Source: Phormidium sp.
GTDB taxonomy: Bacteria; Cyanobacteriota; Cyanobacteriia; Cyanobacteriales; Aerosakkonemataceae
Reading direction: 5' to 3'
DNA length: 64,000 nt
Assembly: GCA_051013385.1 (NCBI GenBank)
Contig: CP143273.1
Span: forward strand, 1,696,001-1,760,000
Positions 47,572 through 58,807 of this stretch are shown piece by piece. The notes below the pieces were generated by a model. That model searched no databases. It was not told the DNA's origin and saw only the letters and a list, made by a program, of their open reading frames with translations. Each line of letters begins with the position of its first letter. Position 1 is the first letter of the stretch. The position numbers and the translations under genes were made by a program.

Positions 47572-48340
47572 CTGATGACCCTTTTAATTGATTGAGCAAC
47601 CGCGCTTTAGAACCAGTTAACAAATTGTTAGCTTGAAGTTTTTGAGTATAGCTTTCTAGCAAACCTACTTCTTTCATACAAACCCCAATCAGTAGGTCTA
47701 CCAAATCGGCAATATTCTCCAAATTTAGGTAAACACCACCAGTTTGACTAGCCAACCAGCGAAACACTTGTTCTGTTGACGAATCTCTACCGCACTGGGT
47801 TGCGTAAATTTTGACTCCCTTCTGTCCCAAACTATTGCCTTCAGTTTTGTAATCGTGACCGTAAAGGCAATTAGAGGCGGCATCAATTACGCCGTGAGGA
47901 GGCGCATCACCCACCAAAACTATAGCCCGACTGCTACCAATTCGCCAATTCAGTCGATTTGCCTGAAATAACGCTTCTTCTAAAGCTTCAGGTGTATCAC
48001 CTCCGCCTGTTTTTTCCACTTGTCCTACAAATGACCTTACTTTCTCAAAGTCAGTGGTTAAGTCTAGAACCTTGGTGACATAGGTGGAATTGGCATCACA
48101 GTAGTCACCATAGGCGACAACGCCCATCCTCACGTTGGGAACAGATTTGTAAACTTCACTGGCGAGTCGGGTTAGTTCGTGGCGCACCTGTTCCAGGTAC
48201 GGGTACATACTGCCAGTGGTATCAAAGATAAAGGCAACATCCAGCTGCCTGGGAGAAACGCCCTGTGTAACTTGGGTAGGGTTGGTTTCTCCAGAATACT
48301 TGGCAAGCGTCTTTTTCAGGATAGATAACTCGCTACTCAC
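47564..48340 (-). CDS. von Willebrand factor A domain protein
   Basis: MIDAS DTTGSM, VAYGDY, GGGDTPEA, VGDAPPH; GGAGG RBS before the GTG start; stop overlaps the J-protein start. Confidence 0.9.
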   Translation of the reverse strand: MSSELSILKKTLAKYSGETNPTQVTQGVSPRQLDVAFIFDTTGSMYPYLEQVRHELTRLASEVYKSVPNVRMGVVAYGDYCDANSTYVTKVLDLTTDFEKVRSFVGQVEKTGGGDTPEALEEALFQANRLNWRIGSSRAIVLVGDAPPHGVIDAASNCLYGHDYKTEGNSLGQKGVKIYATQCGRDSSTEQVFRWLASQTGGVYLNLENIADLVDLLIGVCMKEVGLLESYTQKLQANNLLTGSKARLLNQLKGSSDA

Positions 48341-48449
48341 CAGTACCTCCAGTGGTAATTTTTTCTATTATATAAGGAGAATTTTTACAATTAAAATTTC
48401 ACTAACGGAATTTTATACAAAATTCACCATCTAGGCAGAGAGGTAAAAA

Positions 48450-48680
48450 ATGGAAACAGCTAAATTATTGACGCTCGGCGAAAATCAATCTGTCATCTTG
48501 CCCAAAGAATTTGAGTTTCAAGGTGGCGAGGTTTATATCAAAAAAATTGGTAGCGCGATCGTTCTAATTCCTAAAGATAACCCTTGGCAAGCTATGTTTG
48601 ATAGCTTAAGCCTATTTTCAGAAGACTTTATGGAAAACCGAGAACAACCTAATTTGAAAATTAGAGAAGAGTTGGAATGA
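48450..48680 (+). CDS. vapB: VapB (AbrB/MazE-type) antitoxin, orphan
   Basis: METAKL...NQSVILPKEFEF.G.EVYIKKIG.AIVLIPK..PW...FSEDFM..REQP. Confidence 0.85.
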   Translation: METAKLLTLGENQSVILPKEFEFQGGEVYIKKIGSAIVLIPKDNPWQAMFDSLSLFSEDFMENREQPNLKIREELE

Positions 48681-48753
48681 TTTTTCAATCAGGCTGAAAG
48701 TAGAATCTGTTAAAATAAATATTGAATAATTCTCAAACTGTCCGTGTATAATT

Positions 48754-49005
48754 ATGACTCAAAAAACTGTCCAAGTACCAATTCCGTTTGCATCCCTAAT
48801 AGAGGTTATTTCCTCACTAAATCTCGAAGATAAGCGCCAGCTTTGGCAAATGTTAGACGAAGAAATTTCCCAAGCAGAAGAGGATTTACTGGAAGAAGAC
48901 CCGACTGTAGTCGCTGAAATCGAAGCAGCTAGAATTGCCTACCAAAATGGAGACTATCAAACTATTGATGAGTATATCGCTAGTCGGTCTGGGAAAAATC
49001 CATGA
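48754..49005 (+). CDS. Putative antitoxin
   Basis: Small acidic protein; ATGA overlap with the RelE-like toxin. Confidence 0.75.
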   Translation: MTQKTVQVPIPFASLIEVISSLNLEDKRQLWQMLDEEISQAEEDLLEEDPTVVAEIEAARIAYQNGDYQTIDEYIASRSGKNP

Positions 49006-49262
49006 GTTACACTGTCATTTTTCCCAAACCCTTACAGAAACAGCTAGATAGCTTACCAGACGATATCGGCGATCGAATTTTAGAAAAAATTGTGCTATTA
49101 GCTGAAAATCCTCGTCCAGAGGGAGTAGTCAAGTTAAAAGGGTATGAAAATGAATATCGCATCCGAATAGGAGACTATCGGGTGAGATATGAAATTAAGG
49201 ATGAAGAGTCTGTAGTAGTATTACTTCACTGCAAGCATCGTAAGGATGTGTACAGGCAATAA
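49002..49262 (+). CDS. RelE/ParE family toxin
   Basis: LAENPRPEGVVKLKG..YRIRIGDYRVRY...HRKDVYR. Confidence 0.9.
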   Translation: MSYTVIFPKPLQKQLDSLPDDIGDRILEKIVLLAENPRPEGVVKLKGYENEYRIRIGDYRVRYEIKDEESVVVLLHCKHRKDVYRQ

Positions 49263-49282
49263 TCGTACTTGCACAAATGCCT

Positions 49283-49312
49283 GAGAGGTAAAAAATGGAA
49301 ATAGCTAAATAG
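49283..49312 (+). pseudogene. Remnant copy of the vapB RBS and first codons
   Basis: GAGAGGTAAAAAATGGAAATAGCTAAAT matches 48438-48465 at 27/28, then TAG. Confidence 0.7.
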
Positions 49313-49372
49313 TTATCGATCGCGAATTTTAGATAATAGAATCAGCATTAATTTTTATAGCATAAAAGTACC

Positions 49373-50071
49373 ATGTCTCAACCGCTACGTGCAACATTAT
49401 CTATTCCACCTTTGGAAAATGGCGATCGCTTAATCCGCCCTGAGTTTGAACGCCGTTACAATGCTATGCCCGATGTAAAAAAAGCTGAATTAATAGAAGG
49501 TATTGTTTACATGGCATCTCCCCTAAGATTTGAACCTCATGCTGAACCACACGCTGATTTAATGATTTGGTTGGGAAATTACAAAGTCGCAACTCCCGGA
49601 GTGAGATTAGGTGATAATCCAACAGTGTTACTAGATTTAGATAACGAACCTCAACCGGATGCAGTGTTATTAATTGACAATTTATCAGGAGGGCAGTCTC
49701 GCTTCAGTGCAGATGGTTATATAGAGGGCGCACCAGAATTAATTGCTGAGATTGCTGCTAGTACTGCGGCGATCGATCTAAGAGATAAAAAACGCGCTTA
49801 TCGTCGCAATGGAGTACAAGAATATATTGTTTGGCAAGTATTTGAGCAAAAAATCGATTGGTTTAGTTTACAAAATGGTGATTATGTATCATTAATACCT
49901 GATAAAAATGGGGTAATTTGTAGCTTGGTTTTTCCCGGTTTATGGTTATCAATATCTGCATTGGTGTTAGGAAATATGCAACAGGTTTTAGCTGTATTGC
50001 AAGCTGGTTTGAGTTCAGAGGAACATAATTCTTTTGTGCAAGAGTTGGCAAATGCACGCCCACATTCTTAG
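49373..50071 (+). CDS. Uma2 family endonuclease
   Basis: LENGDRL, AELIEG, NEPQPD, PELIAEIA, KKRAYRRNGVQEY. Confidence 0.92.
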   Translation: MSQPLRATLSIPPLENGDRLIRPEFERRYNAMPDVKKAELIEGIVYMASPLRFEPHAEPHADLMIWLGNYKVATPGVRLGDNPTVLLDLDNEPQPDAVLLIDNLSGGQSRFSADGYIEGAPELIAEIAASTAAIDLRDKKRAYRRNGVQEYIVWQVFEQKIDWFSLQNGDYVSLIPDKNGVICSLVFPGLWLSISALVLGNMQQVLAVLQAGLSSEEHNSFVQELANARPHS

Positions 50072-50191
50072 ATTTTTTTACCACAGATGAACACAGATAT
50101 TTTATTTAAGTTAACAACTCCTCCTTCTCTCTGCGTCCTCTGCGTCTCTGCGGTTCTAAAAAATTTAAAATGCAGATGAACGCAGATGAAG

Positions 50192-50232
50192 AATAAAGAG
50201 GAGAAAATTACCCTAATTCTCTCCTCTTTATT
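50192..50232. terminator. Hairpin between convergent uma2 and eno
   Basis: AATAAAGAGGAGA...TCTCCTCTTTATT, 7 bp from the eno stop codon. Confidence 0.65.
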
Positions 50233-50239
50233 TTGTTAA

Positions 50240-51547
<1,308 letters not shown>

Positions 51548-51637
51548 TTATATCTAGTGGTACTATCCGCTAACGATTAAACCAGAAGAATGGATTTGCC
51601 TCTCGGTACTTTTGTATTCTTTTAATCTACGTTGCCC

Positions 51638-51670
51638 AGATCCCCGACTTCTTCAAGAAGTCGGGGATCT
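51638..51670. repeat. 33-bp palindromic dispersed repeat (copy 3 of 4)
   Basis: AGATCCCCGACTTCTT-C-AAGAAGTCGGGGATCT. Confidence 0.9.
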
Positions 51671-51700
51671 AGATTCAGCAAAACTAAATTTTAAATTAAA

Positions 51701-51952
51701 TTATTCTCCCCTGCCCCTGGAGCCCCCATACTCCTCTTCCTCATCTCGCTGTTTTTTCAGCTGTCTAATTGATTCTTGACAACCACCAATAATTAATCCA
51801 CCTACACCACCAACTAAAGCATATTTGCGGTGGATATCTCGGTAAATTTTACTGCTAAATTTGGGGCCGAAAACTTCACACGCAGCGAATCCGATCGTTG
51901 CCCCAATTAATGCAGTTATTAAACTAGAAAAAACTATCAGTTTAAAATTCAT
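51701..51952 (-). CDS. Small two-TM hypothetical protein coupled to the RND gene
   Basis: ATGA overlap with the RND permease stop; two hydrophobic segments. Confidence 0.75.
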   Translation of the reverse strand: MNFKLIVFSSLITALIGATIGFAACEVFGPKFSSKIYRDIHRKYALVGGVGGLIIGGCQESIRQLKKQRDEEEEYGGSRGRGE

Positions 51953-54900
51953 TTCTTTTCCTCCACTGTTTCTGAACTTTCAGAAGATGTAGAAGAAGGC
52001 ATTTCCTCAGTATCATCTGGTTGAATAACTGTATTATCACTTGAGGAAGTAGTTGAAGGTGGATAGTAAATAGTGGGCGATTCGCCATTACCTACTACTA
52101 ACGATCCTCGAAGTTCTGGATCGGAACTAACACCATTAGCAGATGATTCTTTAGGCTTGGATAAATTTTCGGAAGCCATTTTTTCAGGTTGTTCTATCTC
52201 TTTTTCTTCTTCCCTTCTGCGTTCAATTGGTGCTTCCGTTACTGCTACAAGTTTACCTTGTTTCTTGTTGCCACCAAACACAAATTCTGCCAATTGCTTA
52301 ATTATCACATACAAAACTGGCACTAAGAAGAAACTCATAATAGTTGCTACTAAAAAACCGCCAAAAACTGCCACTCCTAAAGACCAACGACTAGCAGCAG
52401 AAGCACCAGAAGCAACAACCAAAGGCCAAAAACCCACCAAAGTTGAAGCAGCAGTCATCAAAATTGGGCGAAAACGTTCCTTCGCTGCATTCGCCGCTGC
52501 TTGGGGAATAGTCATGCCGTAACTTTCCCGTGATTGGTTAGCAAATTCTACGATCAAAATGGCGTTTTTCGCCGCTAAACCTATCAACATTACTAAGGCA
52601 ATTTGGCAATAAAGATCGTTTACTAACTCTCTGGGGTCAAGGGAAATAAATAACATTGCCCCTAAAACTGCCATCGGTACAGTTAGCAAAATAATCAAAG
52701 GATCGATGTAATTTTCGTATTGTGCTGCTAATACTAAAAACACAATAACTAGACCCAAAGCCATAATTAAAGCACTTTGACCACCTGATTGCACTTCCTC
52801 ACGAGTAAGTCCAGACCATTCGTAACCTACATTAGGAATTCCTGCTGATTTAAACACTTGATCCATCGCCTGAATTGCTTGTCCAGAAGATTTACCGGGG
52901 GCGGGATTTCCTTGGATTTTAATACTCCGAAATAAGTTAAAGTGGGAAATTACTGATGGGCCAACAATTTGTTTGATTGTGGCTATTTCTTTGAGTTGAA
53001 TTAGTTTATCGTTGCGCGATCGCAAATATATCTGCCCTAAATCTTCCGGCGCATTACGAAACTGTTCATCTGCTTGCACATACACCCGGTAACTACGTGG
53101 CCCAAAGTTAAAATCATTCACATAACGACCACCAATATAAGCACTCAAAGTCGTCATCGCTTGAGCAAAATCGATATTTTGACTTGATAATTTATCCCGG
53201 TCAATATCAATTTCAATTTGCGGAGTATTAGCGGTAAATTGCGTGAAAACTCTACTTAAATCCGGGTTTTGATTTGCCTTAGCAATAATTTGATTAGCAT
53301 TACCAAGGAATTGCTCAAAAGTCAATTTTCCACCCGATTTATCTTGTAACTGAAATTCAAAACCACCCGTAGAACCAAATCCCGGTACTGAGGGTAAGTT
53401 AAATGCTTGCACAATTGCTTGCTGATTTTGGGCAAACTGTCGATTTAGTCTCCCCAAAATTGCCTTAACACTTTGATTTTTCTCTGTTCGTTCTGCCCAA
53501 TTTTTTAACCTAACAAAAAATGTGCCTTTATTTGGGCCACTACCATCTAAACCAAAACCACTGACAATTAGTGAACCTTGAATTTCAGGCAGTTTTTTAA
53601 ATTCTTGGTAAACTGAATCTGCGACTCGGTTGGTGTAATTTAAAGCCACTCCTTCCGGCGCTTGAATCATCCCTAAAAACAAACCTTGGTCTTCTTCAGG
53701 AATAAAACCTGTTGGTACTGACATATAAATCAAACCTGTCGCTACCAACAAAGCAATAAATATTCCAAAAACAACTATTCTCAACTTAATCAAAAGATTA
53801 ATAACTTTGGTATAACCCGCATTAATCAAATTAAAAACGCGGTTAAATAGCCGGAAGAACCAAGCTAATGGCCCTTTACCTTCTCCCTGTTTATGCCGCA
53901 ACAATATTGCCGCCATACTCGGAGAAAAACTCAAAGCATTAAACGTAGAAACCACAATGGAAAAGATAATAATTAAAGCAAATTGTTTGTACATAATCCC
54001 TGTAGCACCAGGGAAAAATGTCACTGGTAAAAACACAGCTATCAACACTAAAGAAGTGGAAACAACCGCACCCGCCAACTCATTCATTGACTCTAAAGCA
54101 GCTTGACGAGCACTCATTCCCTGTTCCATTTTACCCGCGACCGCTTCCACCACCACAATTCCATCATCAACCACCAAACCTGTTGCCAAAATTAAAGCAA
54201 ACATAGTTAGGGTGTTCAGCGAAAAACCAAAGGCTAAAGCAAACCCCATTGTGCCTAGTAAAGACACGGGAATTGCCACTGCGGGAATAATCGTAGTCCG
54301 CCAATCTTGTAAGAAAATGAAAATGATTAAAATTACTAAAAGAATCGCTTCAATCAGAGTTTTAAACACTTCTTCTAAAGAAGTTTCAATAAACTCGGTG
54401 ATATCATAAACCAAAGAACTTTTTAACCCCGGCGGAAAATCTTTTTCTAAGTCTGCCATTGTTTCTTTGATTTTTGCCGCCACATCAACCGCGTTACTTC
54501 CGGGTAATTGATATATTGAAATACCTACCCCTGGTTGACCGTTCACTAAAGCTTGAAAATCGTAATTTTCTGCCCCTAATTCTGTCCGACCGACATCTTT
54601 TAGTTTGATTAAAGTGCCATCTGGTTGTACTTTAATCACTAAGTTGGCAAATTCGGTTTCATCTTTTAATCTTCCCTGCACTCTTACCGGAAAAGTGTAT
54701 GCTTGATCGACAGGCGCAGGTTGACTGCCAATTGTCCCGGCACCAATTTGCACATTTTGCGATTGTAAAGCGGAAATTACATCAGCTGCGGTTAATCCTC
54801 TGGCTGCCATTGCATTAGGATTAAGCCAAACTCTCATGGCATATTGGCGTTGACCGAGAATCGATAAATCTCCCACTCCCGGAACTCTTTTTAGAGTATC

Positions 54901-55404
54901 TGTAACGTACAAATCTAAATAATTGCTGATAAAAGTAGCGTCATATTTGTTGTTTTCGGCATTGAAACCATAAACTAACAAAATACTAGTTGAAGCGGTT
55001 TTTACTACTACCCCAGTTTGTTTTACTGTGTCTGGTAATTGAGGTTGAGCGAGGGCAACTTTGTTTTGAACGTTTACTTGGTCGATGTTTTTATCTGTGT
55101 CGATGCCAAAGAATGCTTGAATCGAACTTGCGCCAGCGCTGGTACTTTGGGAAGTAATGAATTCTAAACCTTCAACACCGTTAATTTGTCTTTCTATTGT
55201 TGTAGTAACTGTGTTTTCTACTGTTTGAGCATCAGCACCACTGTAGTTACTGCTTACTTGGACTTGAATCGGTGCAATATCAGGTAAGTTGTTGATGGGT
55301 AACAGGGGAATACAAATAGCACCAATCAGCACAATTAGGATTGTACAAACTGTGGTCAGGACTGGTCGTTTGATAAAGTTATCTGAAATTGAGAATATAG
55401 CCAT
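51949..55404 (-). CDS. RND (HAE1/AcrB-type) efflux permease
   Basis: FIKRPV, AMRVWL, GLVVDDGIVVVE, KNAILIVEFA, RFRPILMT; low-complexity C-terminal tail. Confidence 0.95.
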   Translation of the reverse strand: MAIFSISDNFIKRPVLTTVCTILIVLIGAICIPLLPINNLPDIAPIQVQVSSNYSGADAQTVENTVTTTIERQINGVEGLEFITSQSTSAGASSIQAFFGIDTDKNIDQVNVQNKVALAQPQLPDTVKQTGVVVKTASTSILLVYGFNAENNKYDATFISNYLDLYVTDTLKRVPGVGDLSILGQRQYAMRVWLNPNAMAARGLTAADVISALQSQNVQIGAGTIGSQPAPVDQAYTFPVRVQGRLKDETEFANLVIKVQPDGTLIKLKDVGRTELGAENYDFQALVNGQPGVGISIYQLPGSNAVDVAAKIKETMADLEKDFPPGLKSSLVYDITEFIETSLEEVFKTLIEAILLVILIIFIFLQDWRTTIIPAVAIPVSLLGTMGFALAFGFSLNTLTMFALILATGLVVDDGIVVVEAVAGKMEQGMSARQAALESMNELAGAVVSTSLVLIAVFLPVTFFPGATGIMYKQFALIIIFSIVVSTFNALSFSPSMAAILLRHKQGEGKGPLAWFFRLFNRVFNLINAGYTKVINLLIKLRIVVFGIFIALLVATGLIYMSVPTGFIPEEDQGLFLGMIQAPEGVALNYTNRVADSVYQEFKKLPEIQGSLIVSGFGLDGSGPNKGTFFVRLKNWAERTEKNQSVKAILGRLNRQFAQNQQAIVQAFNLPSVPGFGSTGGFEFQLQDKSGGKLTFEQFLGNANQIIAKANQNPDLSRVFTQFTANTPQIEIDIDRDKLSSQNIDFAQAMTTLSAYIGGRYVNDFNFGPRSYRVYVQADEQFRNAPEDLGQIYLRSRNDKLIQLKEIATIKQIVGPSVISHFNLFRSIKIQGNPAPGKSSGQAIQAMDQVFKSAGIPNVGYEWSGLTREEVQSGGQSALIMALGLVIVFLVLAAQYENYIDPLIILLTVPMAVLGAMLFISLDPRELVNDLYCQIALVMLIGLAAKNAILIVEFANQSRESYGMTIPQAAANAAKERFRPILMTAASTLVGFWPLVVASGASAASRWSLGVAVFGGFLVATIMSFFLVPVLYVIIKQLAEFVFGGNKKQGKLVAVTEAPIERRREEEKEIEQPEKMASENLSKPKESSANGVSSDPELRGSLVVGNGESPTIYYPPSTTSSSDNTVIQPDDTEEMPSSTSSESSETVEEKK

Positions 55405-55432
55405 CTGTTTAAAAAGTTTTGAGTTTTAAGTT

Positions 55433-55536
55433 TAGGACTTAGGCAAAAAAACCCGGTTTCTATGAAAAATCCTGGGTTTAGACGATCGCTCTTGACGCAG
55501 AAACCGGGTTTTTATCCCTTCGTGCATCAGTGCTGA
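55433..55536. mobile_element. Degenerate MITE-like element related to 1386-1490
   Basis: TAGGACTTAGGCA left end; inner IR AAAAACCCGGTTTCT / AGAAACCGGGTTTTT; decayed right end. Confidence 0.55.
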
Positions 55537-55601
55537 AGTTTTGAGTTTTGAGTTGAAAAAGTTTTGTATTGAAAACTCAAATTTCAGAACTGGCATAGCG
55601 G

Positions 55602-57134
55602 TTAAGGTTCGGGAGTAATTAGACTACCATTTTTTAATTTTAGAATATTGCTAACAGCGATACTTTCACCTGCTTTTAAGCCTTCTTTCACTTGATAATT
55701 ACTTCCTTGAACTGACCCTAATTGCACGGGTTTTTGCTCTATAATCGTTTGTGGTTGCCCTTGTTGATTATTAGTTTGTTGTGCCACAAACACAAAAGGC
55801 TGATTGCCAATTCTGGTGACAGAAGTTGTAGGAATTAAAATTCCTGTGGTTTGGTTCCAAACAATTCTGGCTGTAACTGTTAGCTGATCTCGGAGATAAT
55901 CTTTGATGTTGGGAAATCGCGCTTTGACTAAGATTGTTTGGGTGCTTTGATCGATTTGTGGCGAGATAAAGTTAATACTTCCTGTGACAGCAGGTTTATT
56001 ATTTTGTGGGTTAATAATTTGCACTGGCAAACCGATTTTTAGTTGCGGGGTGCGTTTGACAGAAACGGGAATTTGTAGGTCAAAAGCATTGTTTTGAATA
56101 ATAGTTGTCAGTGTTTGTCCGGTATTAACGTAATCTCCCACTTTTACCGGAATATTTCCCACTACGCCATTAATGGGGGCGACGACTTTGTTATAGTCTA
56201 AGGTTGTTGTGGCAGATTTGACATTTGCTTGGGCTTGGGATACGCCTGCTTGGGCTTGGGATACGCCTGCTTGGGCGGATTTGATGTTGGCTTGGGCTTG
56301 AGATACGGCAGCTTGGGCGGCTTTGATGTTGGCTTGGGCTTGAGATACGCCTGCTTGGGCAGATTTGACGGAGGCTTGGGCGCTGGCTAAGGATTTTTGG
56401 GCGGCTGCTAGTTGTTGGTTGGCAACGTTGACGGCGGCTTTGGCATTATTTAATTGGGCTGCTTTTTGGTCTAAGTCTTGTTTGGGTAATGCTCCTTGAC
56501 TGACTAGGGCTCTAGAGCGATCGTAATTCACTTGCGCTAGTTGCAACTGACCTTTTTTGGCTTGAATATCCGCAAGGGCTGCTTGCACTTGGGCTTCCTG
56601 ACGGGCTACATCTGCAAGGGCTGCGGTAACTCTGGCTTGGGCGTTGGCTAAGTTGCTTTGTTGTGCTTGCACTTGGGCTTGGGCGTTGGCTAAGTTGCTT
56701 TGTTGTGCTTGCACTTGGGCTTGGGCGTTGGCTAGGTTGCTTTGTTGTGCTTGCACTTGGGCTTGGGCTCCTTGCACGTCGGCTTGACTTTTTTCGGGAC
56801 TCAACATCATTATTGGCGCATTAGTATTAACGCTCTGTCCTTGAGTGACATATATCTGTTGAATCCGACCGTTTGTTTGCGGTGCTAATGTGACTCTTTG
56901 CGCTGCTTGCAATTGTCCTTGGTATTGGTCTATGTCTTCAACCTTGGTAGGCTCAATTTTGAGCAATTTTACGGGAATCGCTGGTGGTGGTGCTTCTGCT
57001 GAGGCGGTGGGTTGTTTCTTTTGACTACAAGCTGTACTTGTTAGGGAAACTATTAAGACTGTGCCTATCAGTTGAATCGGAAATAATATATTAGCTTTTT
57101 TCCTATTGGTAGTTGCAATATGAAGTTTTGTCAT
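55602..57134 (-). CDS. RND periplasmic adaptor (MFP) with expanded 14-aa repeats
   Basis: Lipobox-like STAC; AQAQVQAQQSNLAN x3; VAPINGVVG..VKVGDYV. Confidence 0.92.
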   Translation of the reverse strand: MTKLHIATTNRKKANILFPIQLIGTVLIVSLTSTACSQKKQPTASAEAPPPAIPVKLLKIEPTKVEDIDQYQGQLQAAQRVTLAPQTNGRIQQIYVTQGQSVNTNAPIMMLSPEKSQADVQGAQAQVQAQQSNLANAQAQVQAQQSNLANAQAQVQAQQSNLANAQARVTAALADVARQEAQVQAALADIQAKKGQLQLAQVNYDRSRALVSQGALPKQDLDQKAAQLNNAKAAVNVANQQLAAAQKSLASAQASVKSAQAGVSQAQANIKAAQAAVSQAQANIKSAQAGVSQAQAGVSQAQANVKSATTTLDYNKVVAPINGVVGNIPVKVGDYVNTGQTLTTIIQNNAFDLQIPVSVKRTPQLKIGLPVQIINPQNNKPAVTGSINFISPQIDQSTQTILVKARFPNIKDYLRDQLTVTARIVWNQTTGILIPTTSVTRIGNQPFVFVAQQTNNQQGQPQTIIEQKPVQLGSVQGSNYQVKEGLKAGESIAVSNILKLKNGSLITPEP

Positions 57135-57249
57135 GTTTATTTTTGATTAAATTTGTAACTAAGCCCAATTAACAGCATTGAATTATACAAGTAATTTGGG
57201 CTGTCTACGTAATTTTAAAGAATTTCTCAAGTTTGTGGTTTTAAGATGA

Positions 57250-57305
57250 GGTACGTTGTTGCGCTTCAGCGCTCTTATGCCAGCGCTTAAGCGCAACTAC
57301 GTACC
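57250..57305. repeat. REP-like hairpin
   Basis: GGTACGTTGTTGCGCTTCAGCGCT...AGCGCTTAAGCGCAACTACGTACC. Confidence 0.7.
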
Positions 57306-57440
57306 CATTAACTAGTAAAAATAAGAATTTTATCAGACTTTTCTAAGAGTTTAATTGGAAGATTGTCGAAAAACCTTCAAACCCTCTGCCCTACTGCCTC
57401 AACAAGCAATTCAAATGATTAACAGTTTGAGGTTTGGGTG

Positions 57441-58712
57441 TTAAGCTTTGGGAGCCAAAACTGTTAATCCACCAGGGATACATTCCACTTCAATGGGTGT
57501 TGTACCAATAATTTCCCCATCTACTACTACTTTTTGCGGTGGATTTGTGTTTAATTTCAGGTACTTAACTTGTCCATGAAAGACATTTTTGTGTTCAAAT
57601 TCGGTTTTGGTAATTGCTGCGCCAAACATTCTTAACATGGCGGAAACTGCTTCTAGTTTGTTTTCCGGTGTGGCAATGGTGAGATCTAGTAATCCATCAT
57701 CAAAAATTACTTGTCCGGCACCTTGAGCTAATACGGAAGTTGGCGGTGCGGCATTAGCAATTGTAATTGCTGTTGCTTGAAAATTATAAATTTTTCCGTC
57801 TTCGGTTTCGATTTCTGTGTCAAATAAAACTGATTCATCAAGTAATTGCCAACCTGCCATTAAGTATGCCATTGCACCCCAACGATCTTTTAATTCTCGA
57901 CTGGCTTTTTCTACTGTTGCGGCTTCGTAACCGATGCCTGCTAATAATATCATTGGTAAGTTGTTACATCTAGCTGCGTCTATGGTGCGAGTGTGGTTGG
58001 CTAAGATTATTTGACAGGCGTTTCTAATGGGTAATAATCTGGGAATTCCTAAAGAAACGGCGAAGGCGTTGGCGGTTCCTCTGGGAATAATTCCTAATGG
58101 AATGCCGCTACCAATTAAGGCTCCGGCAACAGCGGAAACTGTGCCATCTCCACCGGAAGCTATTATTATATCGGCTTTGGTGGCGATCGCAACACCCGCT
58201 AAAGTAGCTGGATCAACTTCTGGTTCGGTAAAGTGAATTTGTAAATTTAAATGTGGTTCTAATAATTCCCGAATTAATGTTAACTCTTGTTCGGCGTTAC
58301 CTTGCCCGGAAACGGGATTATAGATTAAATGGGCGACTAAGGTTTTGGCTAGGGATGATGCGATCGCTTCTGCGGTTGCTAAATTAGTAGCTATGGCAAC
58401 ATTATGCACCTGACAAATTTGTAAAATTGTCTGCACATTTGGTTCATAAGGTTGGACATAAAAAGACTCAACTAAAAAGATTACCGCAATAATATTACCT
58501 GTTACCACTTCGGCGGCAATTTGTACATCTCCGCCCATACTACCAGCAGCCAATTTTTCTACATTCAACCCCGTTTCTGAGGCAATCCTTTCTCCAGTAT
58601 TAGCTGTGGCAATTAATCTATAACGCCCTAACAAAGGTGCGTGTTTTCTCGCAAAGTTAACGATATCGTCTTTCTTAGCATCGTGAGCAATTAAAGCAAT
58701 TGTTGCAGGCAT
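57441..58712 (-). CDS. Methylglyoxal synthase-like domain fused to a YegS/BmrU-type lipid kinase
   Basis: IALIAHDAKK, GGDVQI, ATNLATA; NPVSG, GGDGT, PRGTANAFA, VDGE; ATG 58712. Confidence 0.9.
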   Translation of the reverse strand: MPATIALIAHDAKKDDIVNFARKHAPLLGRYRLIATANTGERIASETGLNVEKLAAGSMGGDVQIAAEVVTGNIIAVIFLVESFYVQPYEPNVQTILQICQVHNVAIATNLATAEAIASSLAKTLVAHLIYNPVSGQGNAEQELTLIRELLEPHLNLQIHFTEPEVDPATLAGVAIATKADIIIASGGDGTVSAVAGALIGSGIPLGIIPRGTANAFAVSLGIPRLLPIRNACQIILANHTRTIDAARCNNLPMILLAGIGYEAATVEKASRELKDRWGAMAYLMAGWQLLDESVLFDTEIETEDGKIYNFQATAITIANAAPPTSVLAQGAGQVIFDDGLLDLTIATPENKLEAVSAMLRMFGAAITKTEFEHKNVFHGQVKYLKLNTNPPQKVVVDGEIIGTTPIEVECIPGGLTVLAPKA

Positions 58713-58736
58713 AATTCTTTTCAAGTTAGGTTACAG

Positions 58737-58769
58737 AGATCCCCGACTTCTTGAAGAAGTCGGGGATCT
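58737..58769. repeat. 33-bp palindromic dispersed repeat (copy 4 of 4)
   Basis: Identical to 1337-1369. Confidence 0.9.
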
Positions 58770-58807
58770 AGTCGTATATTAATCCAAAACTTGCTCTTAA
58801 TTTTAGG

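Noticed and set aside
44142..50071. Integrative conjugative element or prophage
   Set aside because: No integrase, relaxase, VirB4, phage structural genes, tRNA target or att repeats were seen
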